Assembly: GCA_964478395.1 (NCBI GenBank)
Contig: CAYZIX010000002.1
Coordinates: forward strand, 29,761 to 93,760
DNA: 64,000 nucleotides
Direction of reading: 5' to 3'
Origin: an uncultured Candidatus Solibacter sp.
GTDB taxonomy: Bacteria > Acidobacteriota > Terriglobia > Bryobacterales > Bryobacteraceae
Both the position numbers and the translations under genes were made by a program. Of this stretch, positions 1-8,392 are shown piece after piece. Positions within the stretch are counted from its first letter, which is position 1. Each line of letters begins with the position of its first letter. The notes under the pieces are model-generated. The model was not told the DNA's origin, did not search any database, and was given only the letters and a program-made list of their open reading frames with translations.

Positions 1-861
1 GCCCGGCATATCGGGGCTCATGTTGTGCCCCCAGGGCCCGATGATGATCCGCGCGGGAAGGCCGCGGGCACGCAACGCACTCCACATTTCCAGGTCGGAA
101 TCGGCGTAGGTGTCATACCAGCCGCCCTCAATCTGCGCCGGTGCGCGCAGGCGGTCAATCTGCTGGCGCGTGCTCAGCGCGCGCCAGTAATCGTCGTAGG
201 ACGGGTGATCCATCACGGCCTGATAGAAGTCCAGGCGGCGGCCTGCCATCAGCCGGTCGGCGCGTCGCAGCGGTAAATACGTGGTCATTTTCTTGAAGTC
301 GACCACATTTTTCTTTTCCGGCTTGTAATTCTCCGCCACCCAGCGCAGACGGTGCGACAGGCGGAACGCGCCGCCGCGCGTGTAGTAACGATCAAAGTAC
401 TCATCACCACCGGAGACCGCCGGCGCGATGGCCTTCAGCGCCGGGTGCGCCGATAGCGCTGCGCGATACTGCACGATACCGACGTAAGAACCACCGAACA
501 TACCCACCCGGCCGTTGGACCACGTCTGGCGTTCAATCCAGCTCAACGTATCCTCGCCGTCGCGGCGTTCCTGGAGAAACTGATTGAACTCGCCTTCGCT
601 GGCGTACCGGCCGCGCACGTCCTGCGTGATAACGGCGTAGCCGTGATCGATAAAAGCCTTCAAACCCGGTGTCAGCGTGGTGACCTTGCCATACGGCGTG
701 CGCTGCAACACGGCCGGCACGCGTGTGCGCGTGTGCGGCAGAAAAACGTGCGTGGAAAGGTGCACGCCGTCGCGCATTTCCACCATTTCAGTGAATTCGG
801 TGGGCTGGTCGCCGGCCCAAACGAAGGCGGCGAGCAGCAGGGAGAGCGCAACGCGCTTCAT
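1..861 (-). CDS. CocE/NonD (peptidase S15) family serine hydrolase, runs off left edge
   Basis: Manual translation from ATG at 861: MKRVALSLLLAAFVWAGDQPTEFTEMVEMRDGVHLSTHVFLP...LQRTPYGK...MFGGSYVGIVQY. Shows a signal peptide, MRDG and RTPY motifs and a GxSYxG nucleophile elbow. The ATG overlaps the yggS stop (ATGA). Not in the ORF track because it is incomplete. Confidence 0.88.
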   Translation of the reverse strand, partial: MKRVALSLLLAAFVWAGDQPTEFTEMVEMRDGVHLSTHVFLPHTRTRVPAVLQRTPYGKVTTLTPGLKAFIDHGYAVITQDVRGRYASEGEFNQFLQERRDGEDTLSWIERQTWSNGRVGMFGGSYVGIVQYRAALSAHPALKAIAPAVSGGDEYFDRYYTRGGAFRLSHRLRWVAENYKPEKKNVVDFKKMTTYLPLRRADRLMAGRRLDFYQAVMDHPSYDDYWRALSTRQQIDRLRAPAQIEGGWYDTYADSDLEMWSALRARGLPARIIIGPWGHNMSPDMPG

Positions 862-1526
862 GGCTTCACGCGCGGCCCGAACAGCGCCGTGCCGATACGC
901 ACTTCAGTCGCACCTTCCTCGATGGCCACCTCAAGGTCGTGCGACATGCCCATCGATAAATGTTTCAGACCATGCTCCGCCGCCAACTCGCGCAGGCGGC
1001 GGAAATAAGGCCGCGAAAGCTCCGCTTCTTCCGACCACGGAGGCATGGTCATCAGACCGAGCAGGCGCAGATGAGATTGCGAGCGCAGATCAGCAACCAG
1101 CGCGGCCAGATCCGTGGGCGCGCAACCGCTCTTGCTCTCTTCTTCCGAGAGCTTCACTTCGATCATGACATCGATGTCGCGTCCCACTTCATTCAGGCGG
1201 CGCGCCAGACGCGGCGAATCGACGGTTTCGATGACATGAAACAGTTCGGCGGCCTTACGGCTCTTGTTCGATTGCAGCGAGCCAATCAGGTGGAAACGCG
1301 CGCCGGCAAGCGGCGCGACCGCTGGAGCCTTGCCTTCAAACTCTCGCACATAGTTCTCGCCAAACTCGCGCATGCCCAGCGCATAGGCGTCGGTGATCGC
1401 CGAGAACGGGAACTTCTTCGTCACGGCCAGCAGCGTCACCTCTTCCGGTGTGCGGTGCGCCCGCTCGCAAGCGGCGCGGATGCGCTGATTCACAGAACGT
1501 AGATTTTCTTCAAGACCCTGGTGCAC
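858..1526 (-). CDS. yggS: PLP homeostasis protein YggS/PLPBP
   Basis: Motifs LLAVTK, FGENYVRE, FHLIGSLQSNK, GLMTMPP, LSMGMSHD, VRIGTALFG. Start placed at GTG 1526 after AAGGAG; the ORF-track extension to 1778 overlaps the next gene. Confidence 0.95.
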   Translation of the reverse strand: MHQGLEENLRSVNQRIRAACERAHRTPEEVTLLAVTKKFPFSAITDAYALGMREFGENYVREFEGKAPAVAPLAGARFHLIGSLQSNKSRKAAELFHVIETVDSPRLARRLNEVGRDIDVMIEVKLSEEESKSGCAPTDLAALVADLRSQSHLRLLGLMTMPPWSEEAELSRPYFRRLRELAAEHGLKHLSMGMSHDLEVAIEEGATEVRIGTALFGPRVKP

Positions 1527-1537
1527 GTGCTCCTTGT

Positions 1538-1547
1538 CATTATAATG
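1538..1547. promoter_or_regulatory. Palindromic bidirectional -10 element CATTATAATG
   Basis: Perfect 10-bp palindrome giving TATAAT on both strands, between divergent yggS and the nuclease gene. Confidence 0.6.
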
Positions 1548-3038
1548 AATGCGGTGTCCGACTCTTCGAAGCGGGCCCGCGCCGTCTCCGCCGCTGAGCT
1601 GCGCGAGCGCGTCGAGCGCTTTCTCGCCGCCTGCCAGGATCCCATTCTGATTGAGCCGGGCGAAGCTCCGTTCGCCCTCTCGTCCAGTGCGCATCGCCTG
1701 ACTGAAAGGCCTGACGGCCTGCTGCTGGAGGCGTGGGACGATGCACGTACGCTCGCCCGCCGCGCCGTGGCGGTGCACACAGAGTGTAAAGGCCGCATGG
1801 AACTGATGGTCGCTCGCTTCGGTGGACGCACTGGTCTATTGACGCTGGCAGACCGTGCCGCTGCACGTTCAGCGCAGACGCTGATGCGCGGCTCACGTGA
1901 GCAACTGAGGGAATTGTTGCGCGTGTGGCTGGCCCGGCAGTACCCGTTGTGGAAAATCGAGGATCTCTCTACCGGCGCGGATCTGGAGCATACGCTATCG
2001 CCGGCCTACGCTCGCGCGCTGATTACACACGCCGGGCGGCGCTGCGCTGCGCTGGCCGCACCAGCGGCCTCGGCTGACGCCGCGCTCACGTTTGGACTTA
2101 TCTGGCTGGACTACCTCAGACGTCGCGACCACGCTCCGCTGGAAGCGATTGCGCTGTTCCTGCCCGCCGGCACGGAGACCACCACGGTGTTGCGGCTGCA
2201 TCACCTGCGCGTGAATACGGTTCTCTACGTCTACGACAAAGACGGTGTGGAAGAGCGCATCGAAATCGCAGATCACGGCAACCTGAACACCACCGTCGAA
2301 CCCTGGCGAAGACCCGCGCCCGCGGGGCCGGACGCGTGGCTCGACCATCTTCGCACAGTGGATGGAGTGGAGACGATTGAGGCGGCGCCGGGCGTAGTGA
2401 GCCTGCGCGTGCGCGGGCTGGAATTTGCGCGTCTGGACGACTCCGGCTGGCATGTAGGCCTGACACGCAAGCATCCAGCCCGGGAATTAGCGGCGGTGGT
2501 GAAACTCGCAAGCGAGTTGGCTGCCGCGCGCCGGTGCGGGGCCGCGCCGAACACGCTGCAGCGCCGTAATCCGGAGGCGTGGCTGGAGTCGGTGGTACGC
2601 GCCAACATTCGTCTGCTCGACGCCACGCTGGTGGACGCGCCTGTCTACGGCCAAGTGCCGGCGATGTCGGGCGTGGAGCGCGGCATCATCGACCTGCTAG
2701 CCATTGACGAACGCGGGCGGCTCTGTGTGATTGAACTGAAAGCCAGTGAGGATCCTTGTCTGCCCCTACAAGCGCTGGACTACTGGATCCGTGTGGCGCA
2801 CCACGCCGCGCGTGGCGACTTTGCACGCGCCGGCTACTTTCCTGGCCGGGAAGTGTCGCCCATACCGCCACGACTGCTGTTAGTGGCTCCTGCGCTCAGC
2901 TTTCATCCGACCACTGAAGCCGTGCTGCGTGCGTTTGCGCCACAAATTAAAGTGGAACGCATTGGCCTTGGCGTAAAATGGCAGAGTGAGCCGCAGGTTA
3001 TGTTGCGCCTGTCGGGCGCACAACGGCCGGGCTTCTAG
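1545..3038 (+). CDS. Uncharacterised protein with C-terminal NucS/RecB-like PD-(D/E)XK nuclease domain
   Basis: C-terminal PEAWLE...IIDLLAID...LCVIELK...LQALDY matches E...D...ExK...QxxxY. Start is ATG 1545 or GTG 1554. Confidence 0.7.
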   Translation: MNAVSDSSKRARAVSAAELRERVERFLAACQDPILIEPGEAPFALSSSAHRLTERPDGLLLEAWDDARTLARRAVAVHTECKGRMELMVARFGGRTGLLTLADRAAARSAQTLMRGSREQLRELLRVWLARQYPLWKIEDLSTGADLEHTLSPAYARALITHAGRRCAALAAPAASADAALTFGLIWLDYLRRRDHAPLEAIALFLPAGTETTTVLRLHHLRVNTVLYVYDKDGVEERIEIADHGNLNTTVEPWRRPAPAGPDAWLDHLRTVDGVETIEAAPGVVSLRVRGLEFARLDDSGWHVGLTRKHPARELAAVVKLASELAAARRCGAAPNTLQRRNPEAWLESVVRANIRLLDATLVDAPVYGQVPAMSGVERGIIDLLAIDERGRLCVIELKASEDPCLPLQALDYWIRVAHHAARGDFARAGYFPGREVSPIPPRLLLVAPALSFHPTTEAVLRAFAPQIKVERIGLGVKWQSEPQVMLRLSGAQRPGF

Positions 3039-3926
3039 GTGAGCATGTCGCGACGGCATTTTCAGCAGTTGCGGGACGCCTTTGCGCGCCTGCATCCGGA
3101 GCACATCCGGCAGGCTGCCGGCCGCAAGCCGCGCCTGTTGGTTGTGGCTGCGTCGAGCGCGAGCTACGCCGCGATGGAAGACTATCTGGCGCCGGCGACG
3201 CTGTCACGTGATAAGCGCACACAAGTGATTGCAGCGCTTTCGCGCGCCTGCGACGCGGGATCCGGCGGCGGCTACGACTTGGTGCTGTTCGAAGCCGGCT
3301 GTTCCATTCCCGCAGGCTGGGAGCCTGGCGAGAACGCATTCCTTTTCGATCCGCACAACCCGCGCGAAGTCGTGGAGCGGGTTGCCGGGCAACACGAAGA
3401 TCTGTCGCTGGCGCTGGCGCGCCTGTTTGCGCCGTTCCGCCGCGCCGTGGTACGCCGCACCATTCACGCGGTAGCGCGCGACAACGCGCTGTTCAGCCTG
3501 ATGACCGCGCTGCCGAACGTGATTCCGAGCTTTGCGGAACTGCCATGGGCGGTGGGCGAGTTCAGCTCCGATACCGTGGTGCTCACCGCCAATCAGATCC
3601 GCATGGCATTCCTGCTGGCCGCGGCCAGCGACCGTGCGGTGGGCTTCCACGAGCAGCGCTCAGAGATTGGCGCGCTGGTGGCGGGAGCCTTTGGCTGGCG
3701 CACGCTGGCGCGCGAATTGTCGGGCAAGATTCCGTTTGGCGGCGGGCTGGTGCCCAAGGCCGCCATCGCCTACGCCGGCACGTTCGTCGCGGGCGTCTCC
3801 ATCGAACGCATTTACCGGCTGGGCTACGGGCTAACCAGAGAAGAGCGTGAGCGTCTCTTTGATCAGACCATTACGCGCGGCCGCGACGTGGCCAGCGCAC
3901 TGCTGGACCGTGTCCGCCAACGATAA
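3039..3926 (+). CDS. Hypothetical protein, C-terminal DUF697/EcsC-like hydrophobic helical domain
   Basis: DTVVLTANQIRM...WRTLARELSGKIPFGGGLVPKAAIAYAGTFVAG pattern; starts immediately after the upstream stop. Confidence 0.55.
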   Translation: MSMSRRHFQQLRDAFARLHPEHIRQAAGRKPRLLVVAASSASYAAMEDYLAPATLSRDKRTQVIAALSRACDAGSGGGYDLVLFEAGCSIPAGWEPGENAFLFDPHNPREVVERVAGQHEDLSLALARLFAPFRRAVVRRTIHAVARDNALFSLMTALPNVIPSFAELPWAVGEFSSDTVVLTANQIRMAFLLAAASDRAVGFHEQRSEIGALVAGAFGWRTLARELSGKIPFGGGLVPKAAIAYAGTFVAGVSIERIYRLGYGLTREERERLFDQTITRGRDVASALLDRVRQR

Positions 3927-3930
3927 ACGC

Positions 3931-4509
3931 ATGAAATTCGCCGCTGCGCTTCTTATCTCGCTCGCCACGCTGAGCGCCCAGACTGGACTGATTGAAGGCC
4001 GTGCCAACAGCCCGGTGCGCGTCGTCATATACGAGGACTTGCAGTGCCCGGACTGCGCCGTCTTCCGCCAGATGCTCGACGAAAAGCTGCTGCCACGCTA
4101 CGCCGCCAAGGTTGCCTTTGTACAGCGTGATTTCCCACTGGCCAAACACGCCTGGGCCATGCCTGCGGCGATTGCGTCACGCTACTTGCAGACCATTTCC
4201 ACCGCGACGGCCGCCGAGTTCCGGCGCGAGACCATGCGCGCGCAAAGCGACATCAAGGGCGACACGTTCCGCGACTGGCTGAAGGCGTTCTGCGACAAGC
4301 GCGGACTGGACGCAGCCAAGGCCCTGGCCGCGCTCGATGACGCGGCATTACGCGCCGCGGTGCAGAAGGATTTCGACGACGGCGCGGCGCGCGGCGTCGC
4401 GCACACGCCCACCGCGTTGGTGAACGGCGTACCGTTTATCGAGACATTCACTTTTGAAGAGATATCCAAGGGCATTGACGCAGCCCTGAAGGAGAACGGA
4501 ATCGAATGA
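3931..4509 (+). CDS. DsbA/thioredoxin-like disulfide oxidoreductase
   Basis: Signal peptide MKFAAALL, YEDLQCPDC (CxxC), cis-Pro loop GVAHTPTALVNG. Confidence 0.88.
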   Translation: MKFAAALLISLATLSAQTGLIEGRANSPVRVVIYEDLQCPDCAVFRQMLDEKLLPRYAAKVAFVQRDFPLAKHAWAMPAAIASRYLQTISTATAAEFRRETMRAQSDIKGDTFRDWLKAFCDKRGLDAAKALAALDDAALRAAVQKDFDDGAARGVAHTPTALVNGVPFIETFTFEEISKGIDAALKENGIE

Positions 4510-5249
4510 GCGAAATCAAGCCGGTTGCGATTGTCACCGGAGCCTCGCGCGGCATTGGCCGCGGTATTGCGCTGGAACTGGCGAAAACGCACACCGTGGT
4601 GGGCACCTACCGTGGCCGCCGCGACGCCGCCGAAAGCCTGCGCGATGAATGCGGGGCCGATATTGTACAGTGCGACATCGGCTCGGCGGCCGACCGTGCG
4701 GCGCTGATCGAACATGTGCGCAAGACGCACGGTCGGCTGGACCTGCTGGTGAACAACGCCGGCATCGCGCCGCGCGAGCGCAAGGACATTCTCGAAGCCA
4801 CCGAGGATATCTACGACGAGGTGCTCGACACCAATCTGAAGGGGCCGTACTTTCTGACGCAACTGGCCGCGCGCTGGATGATGGAGCAGGGCCACGGGCG
4901 GATTGTGTTCGTCACGTCGATTTCGGCCTACACGGCGTCGCTGATGCGCGGGGAATATTGCATCTCTAAGGCTGGTCTGGCCATGGCGGTGCAGCTTTGG
5001 GCGGCGCGTCTGGCCCCGCACAACGTGCAGGTGTTCGAAGTACGGCCGGGCATCATCCGCACCGACATGATCGCCAAGGTGCGCGACAGTTATGAGGAGA
5101 AGGCGCGCGCGGGCCTGTTGCCGCAGGGCCGGCTAGGCGACCCGGCCGACGTGGCCGCGCCCATCCGCGCCATTGCCGACGGCAAGCTGGACTACGGGAC
5201 GGGCACGGTGCTGAATGCCGACGGCGGCTTCCATTTGCGGGTGCTATAG
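4506..5249 (+). CDS. SDR family oxidoreductase (3-ketoacyl-ACP reductase-like)
   Basis: TGASRGIG, LVNNAG, YCISK catalytic motif. Confidence 0.92.
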   Translation: MSEIKPVAIVTGASRGIGRGIALELAKTHTVVGTYRGRRDAAESLRDECGADIVQCDIGSAADRAALIEHVRKTHGRLDLLVNNAGIAPRERKDILEATEDIYDEVLDTNLKGPYFLTQLAARWMMEQGHGRIVFVTSISAYTASLMRGEYCISKAGLAMAVQLWAARLAPHNVQVFEVRPGIIRTDMIAKVRDSYEEKARAGLLPQGRLGDPADVAAPIRAIADGKLDYGTGTVLNADGGFHLRVL

Positions 5250-5281
5250 TCCGGCATGGCACACTGGGGAACGAGCATCCC

Positions 5282-7027
5282 ATGCTGACCAAGCTCACGA
5301 TCCGGAATTTTAAGCGCTTCGAAGACGTGGAGATTCCGCTCTCCAGCCCGGTGGTGCTGGTTGGGCCTAACAATTCAGGTAAGACATCAGCACTGCAAGC
5401 GCTGGCGCTATGGGAATTGGGACTGCGCCGCTGGAAAGAAAAACGAGGTGGCAGCGATGCGCCCTCAAAACGACCGGGAGTGGCGATTAACCGGCGCGAC
5501 CTGCTGATGGTTCCCGTGCCTGCCGCGAACCTGCTGTGGCGAGGCTTACACGTTCGTAACGTTCAGCGTGCAGATGGAAAACAACAGACTCAGAATGTCC
5601 GAATGGAGATCATCGTCACCGGCCACTCGGCAGATGGAAGTTGGGAATGCGGCCTGGAATTTGATTTTGCCAATGACGAATCGATTTTCTGCCGGCCTCT
5701 CCGAACTCAGGATCTCTCTGGAAGCTCGATCGAGCGCATGGCCATCCCCGACGAAGCCTACACCGTCCAAGTCGCCTTTCTTCCGCCGATGTCAGGGCTG
5801 GCTTCAAACGAGACGAGACTAGATGCAGGCGCACTAAATGTAAGGCTAGGCGAGGGACGTACTGCGGAAGTATTACGCAATCTTTGTCATGGCGTCGCAG
5901 CCGACGAGAAGCAATGGAATGCGTTGACCGCGCGAATAAAAGACCTTTTCGGCGTCACTCTGGAAACTCCGCGTTACATCGTCGAGCGCGGCGAGATCGA
6001 GATGACCTACCTCGACGAGAATAATACGCACCTCGATCTATCGTCTTCCGGACGTGGTCTTCAGCAGACTCTTCTGTTGTTGGCATTCATGTCTAGCCGA
6101 GCCGGCTCCGTCCTGTTGCTAGACGAACCGGACGCTCATTTGGAGATCCTCCGCCAGCGTGAGATTTTCCAGATCCTCACGGAATCGGCGCGCGAATCCG
6201 GCAGTCAATTAATTATTGCCAGCCATTCAGAGGAAGTCCTTAATCAGGCAGCGGGAGCCAACCCGGACAGCATTGTCGCTTTCCTTGGCAAGCCGCATCG
6301 CATCCCGCCCGCGCGCCGGAAGACCCTTCAGAAGTCGCTGGACACATTTCGCTGGGATCAGTATTTGCTTGCCGAACAGACGGGCTGGGTGCTGTACGTC
6401 GAGGGGACAACCGATCTGAGTATTTTGCAAGCATTCGCAAAACGGCTGAATCATCGGGCGGCAGACAAGTTGCGTTCTCCGTTCTTGTTTCCCACAGGGA
6501 ATCAGCCCAACCGGGCGCGAGAGCATTTCAACGCCCTGGCTGAAGCCAAAGCGAAGTTGCTTGGCTTTCTGCTCGTAGATAGTGATGCCGGAGAACTGCA
6601 AGCTCGCCCAGAACTGCGGGAATGGAAATGGCAGCGCCACGAGATTGAGAATTACCTTTGCCAACCCGAAACGCTTTATTCGTTTGCAGAAGAGTACGGG
6701 CGCACGCTTGCAGTCGGTCCGTTATTCGGACAAATGGCAGTGGATGCAATGCGCGAAGCAGTAGAGGATCGGATTACACCAGCAGCCTTGCGCGATCGCT
6801 CCGATCCGTGGTGGATCTCCGTCAAAGCCAGCGACGACTTCCTCGACTTGGTCTTCGCCGCCTTCGCCAAGAAGTTGAACCTGCCACTCGATGTCCGCAA
6901 GGCTGATTACCATCTACTGGTCGCGCACATCCCCGAATCTGAGATCTCCGACGAGATCCGCGAGGTGCTGAATGTTATAGCCGATGTTGCCGAGGCTGCG
7001 TCGCCTGCGTGCAACGAGCCATCTTAA
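5282..7027 (+). CDS. OLD-family ATP-dependent nuclease (ABC/AAA ATPase + TOPRIM)
   Basis: Walker A GPNNSGKT, signature-like LSSSGRG, Walker B LLLDEPDAH, H-loop IASHS; TOPRIM VEGTTD and DSD; HEIENYL. Confidence 0.82.
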   Translation: MLTKLTIRNFKRFEDVEIPLSSPVVLVGPNNSGKTSALQALALWELGLRRWKEKRGGSDAPSKRPGVAINRRDLLMVPVPAANLLWRGLHVRNVQRADGKQQTQNVRMEIIVTGHSADGSWECGLEFDFANDESIFCRPLRTQDLSGSSIERMAIPDEAYTVQVAFLPPMSGLASNETRLDAGALNVRLGEGRTAEVLRNLCHGVAADEKQWNALTARIKDLFGVTLETPRYIVERGEIEMTYLDENNTHLDLSSSGRGLQQTLLLLAFMSSRAGSVLLLDEPDAHLEILRQREIFQILTESARESGSQLIIASHSEEVLNQAAGANPDSIVAFLGKPHRIPPARRKTLQKSLDTFRWDQYLLAEQTGWVLYVEGTTDLSILQAFAKRLNHRAADKLRSPFLFPTGNQPNRAREHFNALAEAKAKLLGFLLVDSDAGELQARPELREWKWQRHEIENYLCQPETLYSFAEEYGRTLAVGPLFGQMAVDAMREAVEDRITPAALRDRSDPWWISVKASDDFLDLVFAAFAKKLNLPLDVRKADYHLLVAHIPESEISDEIREVLNVIADVAEAASPACNEPS

Positions 7028-7150
7028 GCGCCCTGAAACCTAGCCATTCGATAGCCATTTACCCGTTGTCGTGGCGCGCAACTCCTTGCGTGTGATACAA
7101 CTGGCATTTCACCTCCCGGCATGACCGGAAGATGGGGAGTGTGTTTGTCT

Positions 7151-8383
7151 ATGACCAAGTCGTTTCGTGGTGCCTGGATAGTGGCAGCCTGTTGTATAAC
7201 TTTCGGGCTGTCCACAGGCATCCCTTATTACAACATTTCGTTCTTCTATGACTACTTCGCCCGGGACTTTGGCTGGTCGCGTGCGGATATTACGCTCGGC
7301 TTTCCTTTAGCTGCTGCGCTTACCATTTGGATCGGGCCGCTGATCATACATCGCTTCAGCCCACGCAAGCTGATCATGATTGGCACCGGGCTGACCTGCG
7401 TGGCACTGGTCGGCTTCGGAAGAATGCCTGGTGTTCTGTGGATCTACTGGGGCTTCTGGGTCGTGTATACGGTCGGATACTTTCTGGCCGGCCCGCCGCC
7501 ACATCAGATCATCGTTTCGCAGTGGTATCGCCGCAGCCGTGGCAAGGCCATGGCCATCGTGTATGTCGGCGTCGGTCTGTTCGGCTCGCTAGGCAGTTTC
7601 CTGGTGAAGCCGCTGACCGAGGCGCTAGGCTACAGAACAGCGCTGGTCATTCTCGGCCTGATGCTGTTCATCGCCTGGCCGCTGGTGCTGTTCGTGCTCA
7701 AGGATAAGCCGTCCGACGTCGGCCAGAACCCGGATGGCGACGCTCATCCGAGCGAGGAGCAGAAAGTCGCTTCGTGCAGCTTCCGTGAGCTGTGTTCGAG
7801 CAATTCCTTCTGGCTGCTGCTGATCGGCAGCTTGTGCTCCATCGGCTCCATCGGCGCGGTGAACTTCCACATGAAGTTCGTATTCCTGGACGCTGGCTAC
7901 GCCAAAGGTTCCGACGTGGACGGTGCCTGGCGCACGGCCTCAATCCTAATCCTGTGGTCGTCCATCGCCGGGCGGCTCTCCATAGGCTATCTGGCCGACA
8001 AGTTCTCGAAGAAGTGGGTGATGTTCTCCACCTACTTCATCGTGGCGGCCACCATTCCGGTCATGTTGGCCGTGCATCCGGGCGCTGATATCTTCCTGTA
8101 TGCCTTTGCCGTTCTGTTCGGCTTTGGCATGGGCGCGGACTACATGATGATCCCGCTGATGGCGGCCGAGCAGTTCGGCGTGAACTCGCTGGCGCGCGCC
8201 ATGGCCGTGATCCTGCCGGTGAACACTATCGGACAGACATGGTTCCCGTACCTGGTGGCTCATCTACAGAAATGGATGGGTGGCTATAACGGTGCGATGG
8301 CCGTGGTGATGGGCGTTTCCCTGCTGGGCGCGCTTTCCATCGGCCTGCTGCCGCGACAAAGGCCCTTCGACACGTCAAAATAG
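7151..8383 (+). CDS. MFS transporter
   Basis: About 12 hydrophobic segments; GYLADKFSKK loop motif. Start is ATG 7151 (alternative 7121). Confidence 0.9.
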   Translation: MTKSFRGAWIVAACCITFGLSTGIPYYNISFFYDYFARDFGWSRADITLGFPLAAALTIWIGPLIIHRFSPRKLIMIGTGLTCVALVGFGRMPGVLWIYWGFWVVYTVGYFLAGPPPHQIIVSQWYRRSRGKAMAIVYVGVGLFGSLGSFLVKPLTEALGYRTALVILGLMLFIAWPLVLFVLKDKPSDVGQNPDGDAHPSEEQKVASCSFRELCSSNSFWLLLIGSLCSIGSIGAVNFHMKFVFLDAGYAKGSDVDGAWRTASILILWSSIAGRLSIGYLADKFSKKWVMFSTYFIVAATIPVMLAVHPGADIFLYAFAVLFGFGMGADYMMIPLMAAEQFGVNSLARAMAVILPVNTIGQTWFPYLVAHLQKWMGGYNGAMAVVMGVSLLGALSIGLLPRQRPFDTSK

Positions 8384-8392
8384 TCGGAGGGG

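Noticed and set aside
5282-7027. Gabija or PARIS system
   Set aside because: No UvrD helicase (GajB) or separate AriB partner is adjacent; called a solo OLD instead.
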